From assembly GCA_031364845.1 (NCBI GenBank), contig JANLWX010000222.1, forward strand, positions 1 to 44,061: a stretch of DNA of 44,061 nucleotides, in the 5' to 3' direction. Source of the DNA: Candidatus Eiseniibacteriota bacterium. GTDB taxonomy: Bacteria > Eisenbacteria > RBG-16-71-46. Of this stretch, positions 21,477 through 29,545 are shown piece by piece (positions within the stretch are counted from its first letter, which is position 1; every line of letters begins with the position of its first letter). A model generated the notes under the pieces. The model saw nothing but the letters and a program-made list of their open reading frames with translations. It was not told where the DNA came from and did no database searches. The translations under genes were made by a program, and so were the position numbers.

Positions 21477-21552
21477 TGGAGCTGGTGAGCGGATTCGAAC
21501 CGCTGACCCCGTCATTACGAGTGACGTGCTCTACCAGCTGAGCTACACCAGC
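21477..21552 (-). tRNA. tRNA-Thr(CGT)
   Basis: GCTGGTGTAGCTCAGCTGGTAGAGCACGTCA-CTCGTAA-TGACGGGGTCAGCGGTTCGAATCCGCTCACCAGCTCCA, 76 nt. Confidence 0.97.
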
Positions 21553-21604
21553 CCCGCTCTGCATCCGGATCCGCGACGCGGGAGCGATCGGCCGGAGAAC
21601 AAGA

Positions 21605-21680
21605 TGGTGCGACCCCCCAGAATCGAACTGGGGACACCGCGATTTTCAGTCGCGTGCTCTACCAACTGAGCTAGGGTCGC
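21605..21680 (-). tRNA. tRNA-Phe(GAA)
   Basis: GCGACCCTAGCTCAGTTGGTAGAGCACGCGA-CTGAAAA-TCGCGGTGTCCCCAGTTCGATTCTGGGGGGTCGCACCA, 76 nt. Confidence 0.97.
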
Positions 21681-21718
21681 AAAGCCGCAAGGCCAGACGG
21701 GCCTTGCGGAGAGCGAGA

Positions 21719-21746
21719 ATTATCACGCGCTGCGAACGGGCGTCAA
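21719..21746 (-). promoter_or_regulatory. sigma70-type promoter of the tRNA-Phe/tRNA-Thr pair
   Basis: TTGACG-N16-GATAAT overlapping the stop codon of the kinase-like gene. Confidence 0.55.
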
Positions 21747-23617
21747 CCGCCCGCGGCTTCGGGGAAGCGCGCGCGGCGTTCGTGGCCGCTGTGGCGGCGG
21801 TCGGTGCCGGGGCGGCGACGATCCTGATTGTCGCGGATCGGAAGCGTGAAGGCGATCACCGTGCTCCACTCGCCTTCGCGGCGGGTGCGGATCTCTCCGC
21901 CATGTTCGCGCACGATCCGCTCGGCGGCCGAGAGATTGGGCGCTCCCGAAAGACCGTTGCTGCTGAAGGCCGCGAACAGCTGATCGAGTGCGGCACCGGG
22001 TTCGTTCACACCGTCGTGCGCGATCTCGATCACCACGTGCCCGCCGGCTTTGCGGCTTTCGATCTTGAGCCGCCCGCCGAGCGCCACCGACTCCACCGCG
22101 TGATGCAGCAGATGGTCGATCGCCTCGCGCACGCGCTCGGTATCGAGCAGCAGCGCCGGAACCTCGGCCGACAGCTTCTTCACCAGCCGCACGCGGCGGC
22201 GCACCAGCCGCTCGCCGAGCCGCTGCAGAATTCCCTGGATGATCTCGTTGGGCTGGACGCGCTCGAAGCTCGGCGCACGCTGAGGTGCGGGCGCCTGCGT
22301 TTCCGCCACCATCGCATCGAGGCGTTCGGCCTCGCGCAGCACGATCTCGAGATATTCACGATTCGCATCGCCCGCGACCAGTGTTCCATGCGCGCGGCGC
22401 GCGAAAGCAAGAATCGAAGCGACCGGATGGCGCAACTCCTGTGCACCGCGCGCCATACTCTGGCCGTACTCGGCGATCGGTTCGATCCGTTGCAGTCGCG
22501 CGCGCAGGTCGCGTTCGCGCTCTGCGCTGCGCGCATGCTGGGCACCGCGGTCGGCCTGATCGAGTGCCAGTGCGACATGATCCGTCACCGCGGTGAGGAA
22601 GCGGCGCGATGCGGACCCGAACGCCGAGCTTTCGCCCGGGCGGCCATCGCGGCGCGCGTACACGACCAGCGCGCCGTACGCGCGGCCATAAGCGACCAGG
22701 GGCAGCACGGCGATACTCGCGAGTTCTTCTGCCCACTCCGGCGCCAGCAGTACCTCGTTCTCCGGCTGATCGACCCAGCGTGCCTTCAGATCCGACCACG
22801 ACGCAGTCGCAAGCGCGCTCAACGCGCGGGCCGCGCGTTCGCGCAGTGCCGCCGGACCATGCGTGATCTCGAGCTTGAGTGTTTCGGGACCTTGCGCCAC
22901 CCACACCCCGGCCCCGCTCACGGCGGTATCGACTCCGACGGTCTCGACCGCAAGATGCAGCACTTCGGCCACGTTGAGCGACGACACCGCGGCGCGCGAG
23001 ATTCCGGCGAGCGCTTCGAGGTGTGCTTCGGCGCGGCGCGCATCGCGGCGGCGTTCGAAGTTCGTGATCGCGCGGCGGACCGCGGACTGAAACCGTTCGA
23101 GCTGTTCGCGGCGCGCTTCGAGGTCACCGTTGGCTTCCCAGCCGCCGACCAGCAGACCATGACGGCGCTCAGCACCCCGCAGCAGCACGGCGCCCTCGGC
23201 GCCCGCGCCATGCTCGGGTGCAGCGACCGCGACCGGATCGCTCTCCCAGGCGAGATGGGCCAGCCCCTCGAGGGATTGGGCCGGCCATCGCACCTTGCGT
23301 TGCGTGTGCTCGTGCTCGGGCGCCGACGGCGTCAGCCCCGCGCGGGCCACTGCTTCAGCCAGGGGGCGGTCGTCGCGCGGTGCCGCCGCACCACTCCAGG
23401 CGACCAGTTGATCGGAAGCCGCGTCGTGCACGAGCAGGTGCGCGCGGTCGAAGCCGAGTCCCTGCCGGTGAACGGCGTACGCGAGCACCATGCGCTCGAC
23501 CGCCTCGAGTGTTCCGACGGTGTCGGCGAACTGGATCAGGGCGGATAGTCCGGGGCACGAGTCCACCGAGGGATTCGAGGCGCGGAGGTTCGATTCGGCC
23601 GGCAGGCGATGGTCCAT
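21743..23617 (-). CDS. GAF-GAF-HisKA-HATPase histidine-kinase-like protein, probably catalytically dead
   Basis: GAF signature GLGFDRAHLL; second GAF (SIAVLPLVAYGRAYGALVVY); H-box region AQELRHP, N-box HLLHHA, G1 HDGVNE, G2 SGAPNL, REHGGEI. Confidence 0.8.
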   Translation of the reverse strand: MDHRLPAESNLRASNPSVDSCPGLSALIQFADTVGTLEAVERMVLAYAVHRQGLGFDRAHLLVHDAASDQLVAWSGAAAPRDDRPLAEAVARAGLTPSAPEHEHTQRKVRWPAQSLEGLAHLAWESDPVAVAAPEHGAGAEGAVLLRGAERRHGLLVGGWEANGDLEARREQLERFQSAVRRAITNFERRRDARRAEAHLEALAGISRAAVSSLNVAEVLHLAVETVGVDTAVSGAGVWVAQGPETLKLEITHGPAALRERAARALSALATASWSDLKARWVDQPENEVLLAPEWAEELASIAVLPLVAYGRAYGALVVYARRDGRPGESSAFGSASRRFLTAVTDHVALALDQADRGAQHARSAERERDLRARLQRIEPIAEYGQSMARGAQELRHPVASILAFARRAHGTLVAGDANREYLEIVLREAERLDAMVAETQAPAPQRAPSFERVQPNEIIQGILQRLGERLVRRRVRLVKKLSAEVPALLLDTERVREAIDHLLHHAVESVALGGRLKIESRKAGGHVVIEIAHDGVNEPGAALDQLFAAFSSNGLSGAPNLSAAERIVREHGGEIRTRREGEWSTVIAFTLPIRDNQDRRRPGTDRRHSGHERRARFPEAAGG

Positions 23618-23697
23618 GGAGTCCGTTCAGAGGGTGGTTTGAACTATTGCGGGCGCCGACCGTTGGCGGTCGCCTATCCCAGACCTCCGGGTAGAAC

Positions 23698-23713
23698 CGC
23701 AATCCATGTGCCA
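23698..23713 (-). promoter_or_regulatory. sigma54 (-24/-12) promoter of the kinase-like gene
   Basis: TGGCAC-ATGGA-TTGCG, about 80 nt upstream of ATG 23617. Confidence 0.65.
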
Positions 23714-23786
23714 CCGAGCCTTCGTCCAGGGGCCGTCCCACGTGCCGATCCCGGCCCCGGCAGAACGCCATAACTCTCGATTTCAC

Positions 23787-23815
23787 TTGACCCTGTGCCA
23801 GGCGACTCCTACGGT
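23787..23815 (+). promoter_or_regulatory. sigma70-type promoter of the GH57 gene
   Basis: TTGACC-N17-TACGGT. Confidence 0.55.
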
Positions 23816-23930
23816 GCAGCAACCTGCACGAGACCTCGTTCCCGGGGATCTGGGTGAGATCGAACGCAGGCCGCGCCGAATCCCCCTCACCGGGGGGACC
23901 GGCATTTTCAGGCGACGCGAGGGGGAAGCC

Positions 23931-25607
23931 ATGGCGCCGGGATCGCTGACCTTCGTCCTCCACTCCCACTTGCCCTGGGTGCTGCACCACGGCCGATGGC
24001 CGCATGGCGTGGACTGGCTCAACGAGGCGGCGGCCGAAACCTACCTGCCGCTGTGGCGCGTGCTGCACGAACGCCGCGACCGGGGTTGCCTCGGGATCAC
24101 GCTCGGTCTGAGCCCGGTGCTGTGCGAGCAACTCACGCATCCCGACTTCCATCGCGAATTCCTGCGCTACCTCGAGGAGAAGACCGCAGCCGCCGTTGCG
24201 GACCGGGCGGCATTCGTGGGCGAGCCCGAGATGGCCGCCCTCGCCGATCGCTGGGAACAGTTCTATCGCGGAACCCTCGAAGACTTCATGGGGCCTCACG
24301 GTACCAACCTCGTCGCGCGCTTCCGCCGGCTCGAGGAAGCGGGCGCGATCGAGATCGTCACGTGCGGCGCCACGCACGGCTACCTCCCGCTGCTCGCGAC
24401 CGACGCCGCGGTCCAGGGTCAGGTCCGCACCGCGGTCGCGTCGCACCGGCGGCACTTCGGTCGCGCGCCGCGCGGGATGTGGCTTCCCGAGTGTGCGTAT
24501 CGCCCCGCGATCCCGGCCACAGCGGACGGTCCGGCGCGCGCCGCGATCGAGGACGTGCTCGCCGAACACGGACTCGAGTATTTCTTCGTCGACCGCCATC
24601 TGCTCGCGGGCGGAACTCCGCTCGGCGTCTATGCCGATCGCTTCGATGCTCTGCGCCATCTCGCACGCCCGTCGGCCGCGGCGGACACGAATGCTTCACG
24701 GCCGCCGTCGCGGCCCTATCGCGTCGGACGCGAAGGCCGGGTCTCGGTGTTCGGCCGCGAGTCACGCACCGCGACTCAGGTGTGGAGCGGCGAGCAGGGC
24801 TATCCCGGCGACGGCGCCTATCTCGACTTCCACAAGAAGCGTGATCCCGGCGGCCATCGCTACTGGGCCGTCACGCATCCACGCGCTTCACTCGCCGACA
24901 AGCAGCGCTACGATCCCGACGTCGCGGCGGTGCGGCCGCTCGAGCATGCGCGTCATTTCGTCGATCTGGTCGCCGACGTCCTGCGCGAGGCGGCCTCTCA
25001 GCAGAGCGCCCCACCCATCGTGTGCGCGATGTACGACACCGAGCTGTTCGGCCACTGGTGGTACGAAGGTCCTGCGTTCCTCGCCGCGGTGCTCGACCGC
25101 TGTGCCGAATCCGGCATCGAGCTCACCACGGCGGGGCGTCACCTCGACCGGTATCCCGCCACCGAAGCCGTCGCGCTGCCGGAAGGCTCATGGGGCGAGG
25201 GCGGACGACACGACGTGTGGCTGAACGACCAGACCGCATGGACCTGGCCGCTGGTCCACGCGATCGAACGGCGTTACGAGCAACTCGCCCGCGAAGCCGC
25301 GGCGCGGGAAGGCGATCCGTTGCTCGAGCGGCTCATGCGCCAGACCGGCCGCGAGTTGCTGCTGCTCGAAGCGTCCGACTGGCAGTTCCTGATCACGACC
25401 GTCTCGGCCCGCGACTACGCCGAGCAGAGGTTGCGGGAACACGCGGAGACGTGTGAACGGTTGCTGTCGCTCGCAGCACAGCGCGTCCAGGGCGGCGCGC
25501 TCAGCGAATCCGACGAACACTTCCTGGCGCTTTCAGAACATCTGAATTCGTTGTTCCCCGACTTCGACTGGCGGCGCTATCCGGCAGGGACGGTCCAGCC
25601 GGCGTAG
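23931..25607 (+). CDS. GH57 family 1,4-alpha-glucan branching enzyme (DUF1957 C-terminus)
   Basis: GAGGGGG SD; HSHLPW, GATHGYLP, WLPECAY (nucleophile Glu), YDTELFGHWWYEG (acid/base Asp), EGSWG, ASDWQF. Confidence 0.92.
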   Translation: MAPGSLTFVLHSHLPWVLHHGRWPHGVDWLNEAAAETYLPLWRVLHERRDRGCLGITLGLSPVLCEQLTHPDFHREFLRYLEEKTAAAVADRAAFVGEPEMAALADRWEQFYRGTLEDFMGPHGTNLVARFRRLEEAGAIEIVTCGATHGYLPLLATDAAVQGQVRTAVASHRRHFGRAPRGMWLPECAYRPAIPATADGPARAAIEDVLAEHGLEYFFVDRHLLAGGTPLGVYADRFDALRHLARPSAAADTNASRPPSRPYRVGREGRVSVFGRESRTATQVWSGEQGYPGDGAYLDFHKKRDPGGHRYWAVTHPRASLADKQRYDPDVAAVRPLEHARHFVDLVADVLREAASQQSAPPIVCAMYDTELFGHWWYEGPAFLAAVLDRCAESGIELTTAGRHLDRYPATEAVALPEGSWGEGGRHDVWLNDQTAWTWPLVHAIERRYEQLAREAAAREGDPLLERLMRQTGRELLLLEASDWQFLITTVSARDYAEQRLREHAETCERLLSLAAQRVQGGALSESDEHFLALSEHLNSLFPDFDWRRYPAGTVQPA

Positions 25608-25634
25608 ACCACCCGCGGCGGCGCTTCGCTCCCG

Positions 25635-26075
25635 TCAGCGGCGCGCCGGAAGCAACGCGGCGAGTTCCGCCGGAATCAACGGGGACTGAGCGAGCAACGT
25701 CCCGAGCTGGATCGACGGGCGCGTCGGTTTGCCCTCGCGCGTCATGAAGCAATGCTCGGTGCTCCCGATCGCGAGCGGCGCCGGCGTTCCCTCGCGCACG
25801 ATGCGATAACCGAAGCGCACCGAGGCGCGTCCGAGATGCGCCACGCCGGTCTCGACCGCGATCGGATCGTCGTAGCGCGCGGGCTCGCGATAGCGGCACC
25901 ACGCCTCCAGCACCGGCAACGACAGGCCCGACTGTTCGATCGCGTGATAGCTGGTGCCGAGCGAGCGCAGCATCTCGGCGCGGCCGATCTCGAACCACCG
26001 GAGGTAGTTCGCGTAATAGGCGAATCCCATCTGATCGGTGTCGCCGTAGCGCACCCGCAGCTCAAACCGATGCAT
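25635..26075 (-). CDS. YbgC/FadM-family acyl-CoA thioesterase
   Basis: RVRYGDTDQMGFAYYANYLRWFEIGR, PARYDD. Confidence 0.9.
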   Translation of the reverse strand: MHRFELRVRYGDTDQMGFAYYANYLRWFEIGRAEMLRSLGTSYHAIEQSGLSLPVLEAWCRYREPARYDDPIAVETGVAHLGRASVRFGYRIVREGTPAPLAIGSTEHCFMTREGKPTRPSIQLGTLLAQSPLIPAELAALLPARR

Positions 26076-26976
26076 GCGCTGCCTCCGCCGTTTGAACGAC
26101 CGTTTCGGGTTTCGTCTTCCAGCGGCGATGGAGCCAGAACCACATCGCCGGATGCCGGCGCACCCAGCGCTCGAGTGCCGCGACGTGGCGCGCGGTCAGC
26201 CGCTCGGCCGCGTCCGGCGCGTGCGGATCCTCGGCCGTCATCGGCGGCTCGACGTCGAGCTCCACGCGGCCGTCGTCACGGCGCGTGACGAAACCCATGA
26301 TGATCGGTGCCCCGGTCGCGATCGCGATCCGCGCCGGGCCGGTCGCGGTGCTCGCGGGCGTGCCGAGGAACGGAACGAACACACCGTGACGCCGCGCATC
26401 CTGATCGGCGAGCATCGCCATCCACTGGTTGTTGCGCAGTCCCGCGAACACCTCGCGCACGCGCGAGTTCGCAGAGATCGTCCCGACACCCGCGCGCAGA
26501 CGCTGGCGCATGATCCACGCCTCGACCCGCGCATTCGACAAGGGTCGCACGACGAACGACACCGGATGCATGCGCCCGAGCCACGCGCCCAACAGCTCGA
26601 TGTTGCCGTAGTGCCCGCTCAGAAGAATCGCGCCGCGACCCGCCGCCTGCGCGCGTTCGAGATGCTCGATGCCGCGCACTTCCGCCACTACCGCGCCCGG
26701 CTTCGCGCGCACCAGTTCACCGAGCCGCGGATACTCGACCATCACGCGGCCCAGCTCGCGGTAGTGCGCGGCGAGGATGGCGGCGCGCTCGGTGACGGTG
26801 CGCTCCGGGAACGCGCGCTCGAGATTGTCGGTCGCAACGCGGCGGCGCAGCCCGAGCCGGCGCGCCGTGTCGCCGAGCGCTTCGCCCACGCCGAGCGACA
26901 TCCGCCACGGCAGCGCGCGAACCCCGGCACCCAGCGCTTCCACCAGCGCCGACTGCATCGCGTGCGCGACGCTCAC
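26062..26976 (-). CDS. Lipid A late acyltransferase (LpxL/HtrB family)
   Basis: LSGHYGNIE, LADQD, VFVPFLG, PAMWFWLHRRWK; GTG overlaps the dprA stop. Confidence 0.9.
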   Translation of the reverse strand: MSVAHAMQSALVEALGAGVRALPWRMSLGVGEALGDTARRLGLRRRVATDNLERAFPERTVTERAAILAAHYRELGRVMVEYPRLGELVRAKPGAVVAEVRGIEHLERAQAAGRGAILLSGHYGNIELLGAWLGRMHPVSFVVRPLSNARVEAWIMRQRLRAGVGTISANSRVREVFAGLRNNQWMAMLADQDARRHGVFVPFLGTPASTATGPARIAIATGAPIIMGFVTRRDDGRVELDVEPPMTAEDPHAPDAAERLTARHVAALERWVRRHPAMWFWLHRRWKTKPETVVQTAEAAHASV

Positions 26977-27911
26977 GGTTTCCCCGCCGACCATCGCTGC
27001 CCGGGCAGCACGCGCGCAAGGCCCGCCCACTCGAGCCGCGTCAGTGCTGCGAGCGTGCGATCGACTTCGAGCCCGCTGCGTGCGGCGAGCGCATCGAGGG
27101 TTTCGGCATCACGCCCGAGCGTCTGTGCGAGACGCGCTTCATCGGTCGCCGGGTCGAGCACGACGCCTGCCGCAGGTGGGCGCACACGACGGCCCCTCGC
27201 GCCGGGCCGCGCGGGCGCACCGTCGGCCGCGGCCGCGCGTTTGGCTTCGAGCGCGATCGCCCCCAGCACGTCGCGCGCGCACTCGCACACGCCCGCCCCG
27301 TCGCGCAGCAGCGCGTGCACGCCGCGCGCGGTCGGCCGGTCGATGTCGCCAGGCACCGCGAGCACCGCGCGGCCGAGCTTGCGCGCGGCGGCGGCGGTGC
27401 TCAAGGCACCGCTGCCTTCAGCGGCTTCGACCACGACGGTCGCCGCGGCGAGGGCCGCGATCAGGCGGTTGCGCTCGATGAACGTGCCGCGATAGCGCGG
27501 ACCGCCGGTCTCGATCTCGGTCACCAGAGCGCCGCGCATGGCAATGCGCGCCGCGAGTGCGGCATGCGAAGGCGGCGTGATCGTGTCGAGGCCCGAGGGC
27601 AGCACGGCGATCGTGTCGCCTCCGGCATCGAGTGCGCCGAGGTGTGCCGCGGCGTCGACGCCGCGCGCGAGGCCGCTCACCACCCACACGCCGAGACGCG
27701 CGAGGTCCTGCGCGAGACGCCGCGCCACCGACATTCCGTAAGGCGTCGCCGCGCGTGAGCCGACGATCGCGACAGCGATCACCCCGTCACCGGGCAGGGT
27801 GCCGCGCACATGGATGCGCGCAGGTGCATCGCGCAGCGCACGCAGACCGGACGGATAGGCCGGATCGTCGCGCGTGAGCGTGCGGTCCTCAGGAGCGGTG
27901 TCGTCCCTCAC
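26973..27911 (-). CDS. dprA: DNA-processing protein DprA
   Basis: AYPSGL, AIVGSRAATPYG, VVSGLARGVDAAAHLGAL, RNRLIAAL, VVEAAEGSGAL, C-terminal winged helix; start approximate. Confidence 0.92.
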   Translation of the reverse strand: MRDDTAPEDRTLTRDDPAYPSGLRALRDAPARIHVRGTLPGDGVIAVAIVGSRAATPYGMSVARRLAQDLARLGVWVVSGLARGVDAAAHLGALDAGGDTIAVLPSGLDTITPPSHAALAARIAMRGALVTEIETGGPRYRGTFIERNRLIAALAAATVVVEAAEGSGALSTAAAARKLGRAVLAVPGDIDRPTARGVHALLRDGAGVCECARDVLGAIALEAKRAAAADGAPARPGARGRRVRPPAAGVVLDPATDEARLAQTLGRDAETLDALAARSGLEVDRTLAALTRLEWAGLARVLPGQRWSAGKP

Positions 27912-28551
27912 CCTCTTCCTCCGTGGCGGCACGAGGCGGGGGTCCGGTCAGCACTTCCCACTCCACTCCCTCTTCGGTCGCGCGCACCGTCTGGCTGTCG
28001 TCCGACAGCGCGTCGATGTTGGAGGCGTTCATCAGATCTTCGCTGCTCATCAGACGGTCGATGCGATCGCCGAGCGCGCGATCGCGCGCCGCGATCTCGT
28101 CGACGCGGTTGCGGCGCGCGTCCGGCGCGAGGCGGTAGATCGCGTGCGCGAGACTCACACCTCCGCGCTGATGCCCGATCGCCACCAGCGCATCGCGCGC
28201 GGCGTCGGCGACGGTGCGGTTCGCGTCCTCGGTGAGCTTGAGCAGCACCGGTACGGCCGGACGGTAGCTCATGCGGCCGAGCACCCGCGCGGCACTCGTG
28301 CGCGTGAACCACAGCCCATCGGCGAGCAGCGGCAGCAAGGCGGCCGCGCCGCGATCGCCGAGCTTCGGGAACACCTGCTCGGCGAGGTCGCGCAGGAACC
28401 ACGACTCGTCGCACAGGCACTCGACCAGCAGCGACAGGCTCTGATCGTCGCCGCGATTCACGAGTTCGTGCACGTACTCGCGCTTCGCATTGAGCGCGCG
28501 CGCGTTCAGGACATCGACCGCCTTCGACTGCCCGTATTTGTCATCCGTCAT
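27889..28551 (-). CDS. HEAT/PBS-lyase repeat protein
   Basis: Repeats LCDESWFLRDLA / LADGLWFTRTSAARVLG / LTEDANRTVADAARDAL. Confidence 0.75.
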   Translation of the reverse strand: MTDDKYGQSKAVDVLNARALNAKREYVHELVNRGDDQSLSLLVECLCDESWFLRDLAEQVFPKLGDRGAAALLPLLADGLWFTRTSAARVLGRMSYRPAVPVLLKLTEDANRTVADAARDALVAIGHQRGGVSLAHAIYRLAPDARRNRVDEIAARDRALGDRIDRLMSSEDLMNASNIDALSDDSQTVRATEEGVEWEVLTGPPPRAATEEEGEGRHRS

Positions 28552-29545
28552 GCCCGGTCTCCGCGGTGTGACGCGTCATGCACGCCCACAGTTCCTCGAT
28601 CAGCGCCTCGATGCCCAGACCGGTGTGCGCGCTGATCAGCCGCGCGTCCGGCACACCTGCCCGCTCCGCCGCGCCCGCATGTTCCTCGGGCGGCAGCAGG
28701 TCGGCTTTCGTCAATACCACGACCCGGGGGCGGCCCGCGAGTTCCGGTTGATGGAGCGCGATCTCGCGCGCCAGCATGTCGAGGTCCTGGGATGGCGACT
28801 CCGAGGTCACGTCGGCCATGAACAGCAGCACGCTGCACCGCTCGATGTGGCGCAGGAACTGGAGACCGAGGCCCCGGCCTTCGTGCGCGTTCTCGATCAG
28901 CCCCGGCACGTCACATGCCACGAACTGGCGCTCGGCATCCAGCACCACGATCCCGAGGTTCGGCTCGAGCGTGGTGAACGGATACGCCGCGACCTTGGGA
29001 CGCGCGCGCGAGATGCGCGACAGCAGCGTCGACTTCCCTGCATTCGGCATGCCGACGAACCCGACATCCGCGATGAGCTTGAGTTCGAGCGCCAGCACGC
29101 GCTCCTCACCCGGGATGCCATCGTCGGCGCGGCGCGGCGCCTGATTGGTGGACGTTGCGAAACGCGCGTTGCCGCGCCCGCCTTTGCCACCGCGCGCCGC
29201 CTGATAACGCTCGCCGGGCTCGACCAGATCCGCGAGCAACTCGCCCGTCGCATGATCGCGCACGACGGTTCCAGGTGGCACCCGCACCACCAGATCCTCA
29301 CCGTTCTTGCCGGTGCGGTTGTTGCCCGATCCCCCATCGCCGCTGTTGGCGCGATAGCGCGGGCGCTCGCGGCAGTCGAGCAGCGTGCGGATGCGCGCGT
29401 CGACCTCGAGATACACCGACCCTCCGAGGCCGCCGTCGCCGCCGTCGGGTCCGCCCTTGGGCACGTACTTCTCGCGCCGGAAGCTGATGCAGCCGCGGCC
29501 GCCGTTGCCGGCGATCGCGTGGATGCGCGCGTGGTCGATCATCAT
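28541..29545 (-). CDS. obgE: GTPase ObgE/CgtA
   Basis: GNGGRGCISFRREKYVPKGGPDGGDGG, GMPNAGKST, YPFTTLEPNLG, DVPGLIE, TKAD. Confidence 0.97.
   Translation of the reverse strand: MMIDHARIHAIAGNGGRGCISFRREKYVPKGGPDGGDGGLGGSVYLEVDARIRTLLDCRERPRYRANSGDGGSGNNRTGKNGEDLVVRVPPGTVVRDHATGELLADLVEPGERYQAARGGKGGRGNARFATSTNQAPRRADDGIPGEERVLALELKLIADVGFVGMPNAGKSTLLSRISRARPKVAAYPFTTLEPNLGIVVLDAERQFVACDVPGLIENAHEGRGLGLQFLRHIERCSVLLFMADVTSESPSQDLDMLAREIALHQPELAGRPRVVVLTKADLLPPEEHAGAAERAGVPDARLISAHTGLGIEALIEELWACMTRHTAETGHDG

Noticed and set aside
23874..23905. CGCCGAATCC resembling the start of a c-di-AMP (ydaO) riboswitch
   Set aside because: The downstream conserved GGAACC...GGGGTGAAT and CCGTCAGCTAAC elements are absent.
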